The notes: generated from the sequence alone by a model not told the origin. Counted from the stretch's first letter, positions 19,003-26,702 are shown. The stretch: DNA of 64,000 bases from Desulfuromonadales bacterium (GCA_030145205.1 JAQYVZ010000008.1:15978-79977), one strand, 5' to 3'. Numbers and translations: made by a program.

Positions 19003-20166
19003 ATGAAAAAAAAATCGGAAAATAGGAAAAGTAAAGCTAAGCGTCACTATGAGCTTTTGAAGCGAAAAGAGAAACGGAAAGCTTCTTTGAGGAGAGTGAG
19101 GAAGTTTAAAAGAAAACGTTATCTTGTGATATTGAACGAAATCTTGAGAATTGAAAAAGATAGACGTGATCTTGTTAGAAATATTTATAAAGGCAGAAAG
19201 TTTCAAGGTGAAAACTTAGAAATAGATATTGATGGGAGCTATGGGCTAGAGGAAAAGAGAAGCTTTCTCGATTTTGTAACTAAATCATCTGAATTCATTG
19301 ATTTTGATTCAAAAGAGCTGTACTTAAATTTCGATAAAACTAAAAGACTTTGGCCGTCTGCTATTACTTTACTCTGTTCTCTTAAACAGTGGGTAGAGAT
19401 ATGCACGAAAAATAAAGTTGATAAACCACTGATTTCTTCAAGTACCCCAAATGAAGATGATGTAGCTTCATATCTCAACCATTGCGGTTTTTATGATTAT
19501 GTTGATAGAAGGTCGGATTTTGTCGAAAATAAGTACTCAGACAGCGACACAGCTAAAATCAGGCGGGAATATGCAGGGGACAATCCGGATGAAAGGGAGA
19601 ATGAAATAATAAGGATGCTAGAGGATTTCTCGGTGTTCAATGAAGACGAGATAGAGATTTTTGGTGACAGGGTGCTGATAGAAATATTTAACAATGTGAT
19701 GGAACATGGTATTTCCCATAGGGATCAAGGGTGGTGGCTTCTTGCTCAAAGACACCCAGAACATAAGTTGATTTCAATTTGTATCGCTGATAATGGTATC
19801 GGTATAAGAAATTCGTTAATGACGGGACCACAAAGAAGGCAGGTAAAGAGGCAAATAGAGAATACTTCGACGAAAGACGGCGAGTTTATTAAGTTAGCAA
19901 TTGAAGAAAAAGTTAGTGGGGCTATAAGAGCTTCAGTGAAGGAGCGGACTGGGTTGATAGGGTCCAAATATCCACTGGGTGCAAACAGGGGAAATGGTTT
20001 GAAGAGGATCCGGGCTGCTTTGTGGCAACTTAATACAGAATGGTCCATTTTGTCTCATAATGGATATATGCATTTTAATAGAAAGGGTGATGTTGTGCAC
20101 TGTTCGGCGGAGCCCAAGAGAGTATTTGCTGGTACTATGTATCATATAAACGTAGAAGCGAGGTGA
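19003..20166 (+). CDS. GHKL-superfamily ATPase / SpoIIAB-RsbW-like putative Ser kinase with a poly-basic N-terminal tail
   Basis: N-box EIFNNVMEHG (19681-19710), G1 box DNGIGI (19789-19806) and G2 box GNGLKRI (19990-20010). The first ~45 aa are K/R-rich. The ATG lies 1 nt after the int stop. Confidence 0.75.
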   Translation: MKKKSENRKSKAKRHYELLKRKEKRKASLRRVRKFKRKRYLVILNEILRIEKDRRDLVRNIYKGRKFQGENLEIDIDGSYGLEEKRSFLDFVTKSSEFIDFDSKELYLNFDKTKRLWPSAITLLCSLKQWVEICTKNKVDKPLISSSTPNEDDVASYLNHCGFYDYVDRRSDFVENKYSDSDTAKIRREYAGDNPDERENEIIRMLEDFSVFNEDEIEIFGDRVLIEIFNNVMEHGISHRDQGWWLLAQRHPEHKLISICIADNGIGIRNSLMTGPQRRQVKRQIENTSTKDGEFIKLAIEEKVSGAIRASVKERTGLIGSKYPLGANRGNGLKRIRAALWQLNTEWSILSHNGYMHFNRKGDVVHCSAEPKRVFAGTMYHINVEAR

Positions 20167-20169
20167 CCT

Positions 20170-20505
20170 ATGGACGCTCTTGATGTAGGTACAGACTTTT
20201 ATCATAGGCTGGCAAATCGAGACGAACGTCAGGGAGATGGAAGACATAATGCCGTTGAGTTCAGAAAAAAGTATTTGAAGGGTTTGGATGATCCCGCAGC
20301 ATGGGAAAATGATGACGTGTACATCGTTCTCGACTTTTCAAATGTGAAAAAGCTGGGCCCATCATTCGCTAATGAGGCTTTTGCATATTTTACGAGGTAT
20401 TCAAAGAACAAGTCTCTGGTAAAGAAAAAAATTAATTTCATCAATATAAGCAAGGTTAAGGAAGAAACAATAGATGTTGAGCTCGAGAGTGGATATAAGA
20501 GATGA
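20170..20505 (+). CDS. STAS-like (DUF4325-like) small protein
   Basis: 111 aa. The LDFSNVKKLGPSFANEAF segment (20329-20382) resembles the SpoIIAA/RsbV-type strand-loop-Ser region. GAGGTGA RBS; starts 3 nt after the upstream stop. Confidence 0.65.
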   Translation: MDALDVGTDFYHRLANRDERQGDGRHNAVEFRKKYLKGLDDPAAWENDDVYIVLDFSNVKKLGPSFANEAFAYFTRYSKNKSLVKKKINFINISKVKEETIDVELESGYKR

Positions 20506-21086
20506 TATACGTGTTTATATGGTCTCTGGTCGTGCTCGGTGCTATTTTCTATGTTGTGGTGCCTTACCACCTTTTCTGGAAAAATGGTGTTGGCTTTGAA
20601 CTTCAGAGAAGCTATTTTTTAACTTTAGTTTCTTATGTAACATTGCTTTCTAGTATTTTTGGATTGTATTTGGGTAATTATTATTTTAAATCAAAAAATA
20701 ACATCGAAGAAAGAAGGATAAAAAAAGATAAAATTGAAAATAGAATAAATTATATTCTTAATGAACTAAAAAGTTTAGATGGAAAAATAGAAAAGGTTTT
20801 GTTCGGATCAGTTGAAAATTTTGATGACCTTTCTATGCTTAGGGATAAAATAACAAAAAAAGCTGAAGAAATTTTGATTATAATTGAAAACAGTGAAGAT
20901 ATTTTAAACTTAGATAGTTTCAATATTAAGTATTTTGTAGAATTGTGGTCTTTGTTGGAAACAAACGAAAATTTCATGCATAGTAATTTTGATTCTTATA
21001 AGGATTCAGATTTTGAAACTCTCAAAGACAATTACAGGGAATCTTTGAAGTTAGTTAAATGGACCTGTGTTAATAGCCTTGAGTGA
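20502..21086 (+). CDS. 2-TM membrane protein with a K/E/N-rich coiled-coil C-terminal domain (putative effector)
   Basis: ATGA overlap with the upstream gene. Hydrophobic helices are IYVFIWSLVVLGAIFYVVVPY and FLTLVSYVTLLSSIFGLYLGNYYF. Extremely AT-rich. Confidence 0.65.
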   Translation: MIYVFIWSLVVLGAIFYVVVPYHLFWKNGVGFELQRSYFLTLVSYVTLLSSIFGLYLGNYYFKSKNNIEERRIKKDKIENRINYILNELKSLDGKIEKVLFGSVENFDDLSMLRDKITKKAEEILIIIENSEDILNLDSFNIKYFVELWSLLETNENFMHSNFDSYKDSDFETLKDNYRESLKLVKWTCVNSLE

Positions 21087-21088
21087 AA

Positions 21089-21116
21089 CCCCCGAGGGAC
21101 TTGCGATTCTCGGGGG
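21089..21116. terminator. bidirectional hairpin between convergent island operons
   Basis: CCCCCGAG-12 nt-CTCGGGGG, between the 2-TM gene (+) and the xis-like gene (-). Confidence 0.5.
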
Positions 21117-21138
21117 CTTGTTACAGGTTTTGATTTTG

Positions 21139-21336
21139 TCAAATCATCCGTTCTTGCTCATAAACCTCCACCTCCTTTCTCAGAAATCGAACCATTCCAT
21201 TCTTGCCTTCTCCCAGGTAGAGTCGCTTGATCCCGGCTCTTTGGGTAATCCTATCCACAGATGACCTGGCACATTGCCAGCGGTCAGCGAGCTCTTTGGG
21301 TGAGATATATGGGGAGGTTTGTTTATCCAGTTGCAT
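21139..21336 (-). CDS. xis: excisionase/AlpA-family helix-turn-helix protein
   Basis: MQLDKQTSPYISPKELADRWQCARSSVDRITQRAGIKRLYLG...FLRKEVEVYE. GGAGGGG RBS precedes the ATG at 21336. Confidence 0.7.
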   Translation of the reverse strand: MQLDKQTSPYISPKELADRWQCARSSVDRITQRAGIKRLYLGEGKNGMVRFLRKEVEVYEQERMI

Positions 21337-22519
21337 ATTCCCCTCCATCTTTGGCCGGATGCTTCCCAAGCATGATTGACCGTTTCTGTACAGCCTCTTT
21401 GAAATCGCGGTCAAACCAGTACGCTATGACCTGAGCATTCAACTCATTCAATGCATAATCGAGGTTGATGGTGTGGGTACGTGCTGCGATGGATGCGAGG
21501 CAGCCTGCTATGTGTGTGATGTACCAATCCAGCGGTGTCAAGTACTCACCTTCGGTGAGGCGCTGTAGCGCAACTGCTGGGCCGAAGTGGTCAGCGAGAG
21601 ATTCTACTGACGTCCACCATGGGTGAGCCTTGCGACGGTTCTGCCGTTCGTGGTGGGGAAGGCGGAGGGTGAACCACTCGCCTGTGAGGTACTGCCATAT
21701 CCCACCCAGTTTGTTTCTCAGGCAGTCTACAGTCTCGATCCGGAACTGACGCAGCACACTCCGGCGCAGTTGGAATTCCACCCGCCAGACACAGGTCGGG
21801 TCAGTTTTGCCCCAAAGAGACTGATACCATTGCTTGCCTCGTTTCTGGATTTCTTTGCCTTTGTCGTAAATTCGCAGCTGGATCGGAGCGTCTGTTGCAC
21901 CGATGTAGAAAGTTTCCAACTGGTCATTTGAAAAGAACTGGCGTTGATCACGGCTGCGGCAGACCTTGTGATCGTTCAGGAAGGGCAGGGAGAGATCGCC
22001 GGGAATGTAAAAGTCCGCAGCCAGGTCGCAGCGGCTCGGTTGAAAATACAGGACATCCCCGCCAAATGATCTAATGTCACGTTCCGCTAGTTCAACGCAC
22101 TTGACGACTCCGAGGTGCCAAAGAGCTTCGGCATTGAACGATACATAGATATTTGGGGTTTTTGCTGGGGTCTGGCTGATCCCTATATATAGATGGTATT
22201 CAGGGAACTGAAGGTGAAAGCGATACTGAGGCGGTTTGCCATTGGCGTGGTGGATGTACTGCCGCCCAGAATTGGTGTTGCAGATCAGTCCGGTTTTTAT
22301 CTGGGCTTGTTCCTTTCTGTTTTGAAACGTCTCTTTTCTATTGTCCCAGTTGTCATTCCATTCGACATAACCTCCCAGGTCGAGGGAGTCAATGCCACAT
22401 AGTAAGAATTCAAATCCTTCTTGAAATGGTATTAGCGCATGGCGTGTTACAGATTTCGCCATGCTGGGATTGAAAAACTCTTTTTCTTGTTCTGATAAAA
22501 AAGCCATAAATAACTCCAT
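21323..22519 (-). CDS. replication initiation protein, Rep_trans-like (rolling-circle type)
   Basis: FYIGATDAPIQLRIYDKGKEI...VWRVEFQLRRSVL resembles the RxYDK...RxE motif pair of PF02486-type initiators. The start may be the ATG at 22507. Confidence 0.65.
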   Translation of the reverse strand: MELFMAFLSEQEKEFFNPSMAKSVTRHALIPFQEGFEFLLCGIDSLDLGGYVEWNDNWDNRKETFQNRKEQAQIKTGLICNTNSGRQYIHHANGKPPQYRFHLQFPEYHLYIGISQTPAKTPNIYVSFNAEALWHLGVVKCVELAERDIRSFGGDVLYFQPSRCDLAADFYIPGDLSLPFLNDHKVCRSRDQRQFFSNDQLETFYIGATDAPIQLRIYDKGKEIQKRGKQWYQSLWGKTDPTCVWRVEFQLRRSVLRQFRIETVDCLRNKLGGIWQYLTGEWFTLRLPHHERQNRRKAHPWWTSVESLADHFGPAVALQRLTEGEYLTPLDWYITHIAGCLASIAARTHTINLDYALNELNAQVIAYWFDRDFKEAVQKRSIMLGKHPAKDGGEYATG

Positions 22520-22605
22520 TGCTGCGCATTGTCGCGCGGTAGAAGTTACCTATGGCTCGCTTACCAGGATTATCCCTGCTGGCTCTAGGTTGAACTTGAT
22601 TTAAA

Positions 22606-22758
22606 TTACTTATCTTCGATTTTCTCCTTTGAACACAATTGGGCTCCATTTCGGTTCCTCGTCGAGATCATAAGGTATTTGGTCGTCTGCTGCCGTTTGC
22701 CGATCACTGTGACCGACAAAGGCAGATCCTCCGCCCGTATTACGATTTCACGTTTCAC
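22606..22758 (-). CDS. small hypothetical protein (50 aa)
   Basis: GTG start preceded by AAGGAGGTGA. Lies between the RHH and Rep genes on the same strand. No recognisable motif. Confidence 0.35.
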   Translation of the reverse strand: MKREIVIRAEDLPLSVTVIGKRQQTTKYLMISTRNRNGAQLCSKEKIEDK

Positions 22759-22783
22759 TTTTCTCACCTCCTTTCATTTGTGA

Positions 22784-23272
22784 TTAGTGGTTATGGGTTG
22801 CCTTAAATGCTTTGACCCCAAGATCATTTATTTCATTGAAGGCTTTACCTAGCCTCTTGCATGCATCGTTAATTTTGAAAGCACCGATTTTCCCCAAAAC
22901 CTCGAGTTCCTCAACACCAATGTAGAGAAGGTTTTTCATGAGGCGGTGTCGGGAGATCTCGAGCGCCTCAGAATACCTGTCAAGGAGTTGCCAGGTTTCC
23001 TCATCAAGTGTAATTGGGACCGGTTTGGTCTCGCCAGTTTCTTTCCAGCTTTCAACTTTGCCCCGTTTCTCATCAACCTGTCGAAGAAGTAAGCCGATTT
23101 TGAAGAAGCCCACCGTCTTAAAGGCCTTAAGATGGTCTAAGCCAACGGCCACCATGTTTTTCATCAGTTGCTGTCGAGAAAGATCCGCTTCGGTTGCCAA
23201 AATATCTAGTCGTTTCATCCACCCAGAATCAAGTTTGATCGTGCTTGTTTTTTTATTGCCAATCTGGACCAT
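22784..23272 (-). CDS. tandem ribbon-helix-helix (CopG/Arc-like) DNA-binding protein
   Basis: Internal duplication: IKLDSGWMKRLDILATEADLSRQQLMKNMVAVGLDHLKAFKTVGFFKIG versus ITLDEETWQLLDRYSEALEISRHRLMKNLLYIGVEELEVLGKIGAFKIN. Confidence 0.6.
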   Translation of the reverse strand: MVQIGNKKTSTIKLDSGWMKRLDILATEADLSRQQLMKNMVAVGLDHLKAFKTVGFFKIGLLLRQVDEKRGKVESWKETGETKPVPITLDEETWQLLDRYSEALEISRHRLMKNLLYIGVEELEVLGKIGAFKINDACKRLGKAFNEINDLGVKAFKATHNH

Positions 23273-23299
23273 GTTGACCTCTCTTTCGATGACTACTAG

Positions 23300-23323
23300 G
23301 GTAGTTGAATACTCTGGTAGTTG
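23300..23323. promoter_or_regulatory. direct GGTAGTTG repeats (candidate operator) in a divergent promoter region
   Basis: GGTAGTTG occurs at 23300-23307 and 23316-23323, a 16-bp register. Located between the RHH gene (-) and the Nudix gene (+). Confidence 0.4.
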
Positions 23324-23451
23324 TCAAGGGGGAAGTTCATGTAAGAAATTTACGTTCGTTGGGGTAGCCAAAATGATCACATGACTATTTTGAGTTATGT
23401 GTTAAGGTTTTTTTCTAGTGATTAAACAAGAGATTTGGTACAGGGGTGGTT

Positions 23452-24372
23452 ATGAGAGATTTTAGCCTTTTGGCGATTTTAGTCAGTGTGGTTAGTGCAG
23501 TGGTTGCTCTTTTGTCAGCAAGGCATGCAAGAAAAACTTTTCAAGAGAATAGGAACATCTCTTATCTAAATTTTTACAATATTATTCAGAAACATCACTC
23601 CAGAGAAATTACAGATTTAAGAAGAACTGTCAGAGATGGCTTCAAAGTTGTTGCTGAAACAGCAAGAAAAAAAGGTCTGCCTATTAAAGATATAGATGAA
23701 AGTATGCATTTAGAGGTTTCAACTCTAGCTAATTATTATGAATCTTTAGGGATGTTTTTACAGGGTGGATGGCATTTTTTTCCAAAAGAAGTGCAGGAGA
23801 CAATGTTGGAAATGCTCCATAACTCTGCAACTGAGCATTGGAGCCAACTAGCTCCATATAAGGATTTGATTCACCCAAGACGTCCAAATGATTGGGCGAA
23901 GAGTTTTGAGTGGTTAAATAACAAGTGTGTTGCGTATCGAAAGGAACATAAAATCGAGAATGCAGATAAGCTTGTCGGCACTTCAATTATTTTTGTTAAT
24001 TCACAAAATAAGGTTCTGCTATTACTTAGAGACGATAAACCGACAATAAAGTATCCCAATATGTGGGATATCCCGGGTGGTAATCTTGAGGCGAGCGAAA
24101 CGCCTCAAGAATGTATAAAAAGAGAAATGAAAGAAGAGCTTGGTCTTGCACTTGAAAAGCTAGATTTGTTCGAGTGCAGAGAGTTCAATGATAGAATCGA
24201 ATATACGTTTTGGCGAGAAAAGGACATAGATATCGCAAGTGTCAACTTGACCGAAGGCCAAAAAATCGAATGGTTCTCAGCTGAAGAAATTAGCGGGATG
24301 GAGCTTGCCTTTGAATTTAATGTAACGCTCGAATCCTTTTTTGAGCAGACCCCATTCAAAAGAACAGAATAA
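23452..24372 (+). CDS. membrane-anchored helical domain fused to a NUDIX hydrolase domain
   Basis: N-terminal TM segment LLAILVSVVSAVVALL, then a ~170-aa helical region. Canonical Nudix box GGNLEASETPQECIKREMKEELGL at 24076-24147. Confidence 0.8.
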   Translation: MRDFSLLAILVSVVSAVVALLSARHARKTFQENRNISYLNFYNIIQKHHSREITDLRRTVRDGFKVVAETARKKGLPIKDIDESMHLEVSTLANYYESLGMFLQGGWHFFPKEVQETMLEMLHNSATEHWSQLAPYKDLIHPRRPNDWAKSFEWLNNKCVAYRKEHKIENADKLVGTSIIFVNSQNKVLLLLRDDKPTIKYPNMWDIPGGNLEASETPQECIKREMKEELGLALEKLDLFECREFNDRIEYTFWREKDIDIASVNLTEGQKIEWFSAEEISGMELAFEFNVTLESFFEQTPFKRTE

Positions 24373-24383
24373 AAGAAAGCTGG

Positions 24384-24406
24384 CCTGTACCCTAATATGT
24401 ACCCTA
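24384..24406 (+). repeat. tandem TGTACCCTA motif pair (candidate integrase arm site, right)
   Basis: CCTGTACCCTAATATGTACCCTA. Matches 17818-17840 at 21 of 23 positions. Confidence 0.6.
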
Positions 24407-24521
24407 AATGCTTGCAAACATGGCTGAGATGCGTTATATGGTAAGACATCAGGGCAATTCAAGTCTCTGAAATCGTAGCAAGTAATTGATTTGGTTGAAT
24501 AATTAAGGGGCCTCCGGAGCC

Positions 24522-24572
24522 GCTCATAACCCGAAGGTCACAGGTTCAAATCCTGTCCCCGCTACCAATAAA
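24522..24572 (+). repeat. attR core: displaced 3' half of tRNA-fMet
   Basis: Carries the anticodon loop through CCA plus ATAAA, with no 5' half upstream. Partner of 17727-17777. Confidence 0.85.
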
Positions 24573-24577
24573 GATCA

Positions 24578-24605
24578 GGGCTTGCGATTTTCGCAAGCCC
24601 TTTTT
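24578..24605 (+). terminator. rho-independent terminator (probably the native tRNA terminator)
   Basis: GGGCTTGCG-atttt-CGCAAGCCC followed by TTTTT. Confidence 0.7.
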
Positions 24606-24724
24606 GTTTGTCTGCTGTTCCCTGAGTTGTCCCCTGCTTCTACCGTGAAGGCCGTCCTTGCTGCCGGTTGCCCCGCCTAACGCCTGCAATGTTATAATGA
24701 AGTTGTTAGCCGAAAGAGGCTGTT

Positions 24725-25355
24725 ATGGCGGATTCGACGGTTGAGATTATCCTTTATCGCTGGGCCGGTTCCTGGGGGCCGTTTCGGATCAAGGTTCCCT
24801 GCGGTGAATGCTCTCTGACCAAGGATGTCATCCGTGACACTCTGGCACATGAGTTGGCCGATATACCAGTCACCCTGCATCTTCGCGACTGGCTTGCCGA
24901 ATGGTGGCGACCTCTGTGGAAAGGGGGGTGGCACGCGCCGATTGTGATGGTTGAAGGGAAGGTGGTTAGCCAGGGTAGCGCCCTCAATCGGGGAGTGCTG
25001 ACTGAGGCTGTGATCGACAGCCATGCCCGCCGACACCCGGTGGTCGGTAACCATGTTTTCGGCAAGGAAACCTGTCCGCACTGCCAGCGCGCCAAAAAGT
25101 GCCTGGACGAGGCGCGGATCATGTTTACCTATCATAACGTGGTCAAGGACCCACGTGCCCTCTACGAAATGCTGGCCAGGGTCAAGCCACTGGTGGGGCC
25201 GAAGACGCCGATCTCCGTGCCGCAGATCTGGATGGAGGGGGGGGTATGTCGGTGGGGCCGATCAGTTAAGCGAGATCCTGCACCGGCAGATTGACCCGAA
25301 TCCGGAGCGGGGCCAGTCCTCTTTGTCGCCGCAGGACCGTACCCTGCACACCTAG
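24725..25355 (+). pseudogene. double thioredoxin-fold/glutaredoxin-like protein interrupted by a frameshift in a G8 run
   Basis: The N-terminal domain has CGEC and the second domain has CPHC. After PQIWMEGG the expected glutaredoxin-type continuation YVGGADQLSEIL is found in another frame (ORF 25023-25355). The switch point is the G8 run at 25237-25244. Confidence 0.65.
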
Positions 25356-25402
25356 TTCGCCGTTTTCTCTCCGCTCAAAACCACGCTTGTTTTATAAACA
25401 CG

Positions 25403-26467
25403 TCAAGGCTTCGCCCGTTCGTACTGCACCGGCCAGGGATAGTCCGCCTTGAGCTCATGTGCCGCATGCAGTGGCCAATAGGGATCACGCAGCAACTCCC
25501 TCGCTAAAGACACCACCTCAGCCTGTTCCGTAGCAATGATCTGTTCAGCTTGAACCGCCGACGTGATCAGTCCAACAGTGCCGGTTGCGATGCCGACCGC
25601 TTTGCGGATTTCCGTGGCCATCGGTGTCTGGAAACCGGGAGCGACTGGGATGACGGCATCGGGCACCAGGCCGCCTGACGAGCAATCGACCAGGTCGATC
25701 TCCAGCTCTTTGAGTTTTTGACAGAGTTCCACAGATTGATCCAGATTCCAGCCACCATCCACCCAGTCGGTGGCCGAGATGCGCACCATCACCGGCAGTT
25801 CTTCCGGCCAGATGGCGCGGACCCGGTGGGCGATCTCCAGCGGGAATCGCATGCGGTTTTCGAGACTGCCGCCGTACTGGTCGGTACGCTGGTTGCTCAA
25901 GGGAGAGAGAAACTGGTGTAGCAGGTAGCCGTGCGCCATGTGAACTTCGACGATCTGGAATCCTGCGTCCAGAGCCCGCTTTGCTGTGGCTTCGAACTGC
26001 TGAGCGACTTGCTCCAGATTTTCTGTGTTCAGTTCGAGCGGAACTGGCGAATCGCTGCTGAAGGGGAGGGGACTGGGGGCGGAGGGTGCCCAGCCACCGT
26101 TGGCCGGATCGATAGCACCGCCTCCGAGCCAGGGGGCCGTGGTCGACGCCTTGCGGCCGGCGTGGCCGATCTGGACTGCCGGGATGGCTCCCTGCTCGGT
26201 GATGAACGCCGCAATCGGTGCAAAGGCTTTGGCTTGGGCATCGTTCCAGAGGCCGCAGTCGCTTGGGCTGATCCGTCCTTCAGGACAGACCGCCGTGGCC
26301 TCCACCATGACGACGGCCGCGCCGCCGACGGCTCGACTGCCGAGATGGACCATGTGCCACGTGTTCGGCAGCCCGTCGCAGCTGGAATATTGACACATTG
26401 GCGCCACCATGATGCGGTTGCGCAGGGTCAGGGAGCGCATTTGTACGGGGGAGAAGAGCTTACTCAT
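25403..26467 (-). CDS. NADH:flavin oxidoreductase, Old Yellow Enzyme family (YqjM/NamA-like)
   Basis: LRNRIMVAPMCQYS, HAGRK and EVHMAHGYLLHQFLSPLSN motifs are present. Confidence 0.9.
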   Translation of the reverse strand: MSKLFSPVQMRSLTLRNRIMVAPMCQYSSCDGLPNTWHMVHLGSRAVGGAAVVMVEATAVCPEGRISPSDCGLWNDAQAKAFAPIAAFITEQGAIPAVQIGHAGRKASTTAPWLGGGAIDPANGGWAPSAPSPLPFSSDSPVPLELNTENLEQVAQQFEATAKRALDAGFQIVEVHMAHGYLLHQFLSPLSNQRTDQYGGSLENRMRFPLEIAHRVRAIWPEELPVMVRISATDWVDGGWNLDQSVELCQKLKELEIDLVDCSSGGLVPDAVIPVAPGFQTPMATEIRKAVGIATGTVGLITSAVQAEQIIATEQAEVVSLARELLRDPYWPLHAAHELKADYPWPVQYERAKP

Positions 26468-26702
26468 CGGAAAGCCTCACGTGGTTGAAGGTTGCTTGAG
26501 GACGTTGTCGTGCTGCGATTATGCCTGAAAAGACCTGCATCTCGCAATCCTGAACGAAGTCGCTGACGGCACCTTTTAATCTCAACCGAAATGTAAGACG
26601 CCGGGATGGTTGTATGAAATTGATTTTTCGAAGGATTTCTGTATAATCCGGTTTTGTCTATATCCTGTTGTGAACAACTGAGTCGCCTTCCTGGAGGGAG
26701 CC

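Noticed and set aside
21095-21108. GGGACTTGCGATT resembles the hairpins of the attL and attR terminators (GGACTTGCG / GGGCTTGCGATT). This hinted at a third att remnant and a composite of two tandem elements.
   Set aside because: Only ~13 nt are shared and there is no adjacent tRNA-derived sequence. It lies in the loop of an unrelated terminator hairpin, so the evidence for a junction is insufficient. It is worth a computational alignment but I am not asserting it.
22410-22649. 79-aa minus-strand ORF overlapping the Rep start.
   Set aside because: It overlaps both the Rep N-terminus and the better-supported small ORF at 22606-22758 (which has a strong RBS). No RBS was seen for this ORF.
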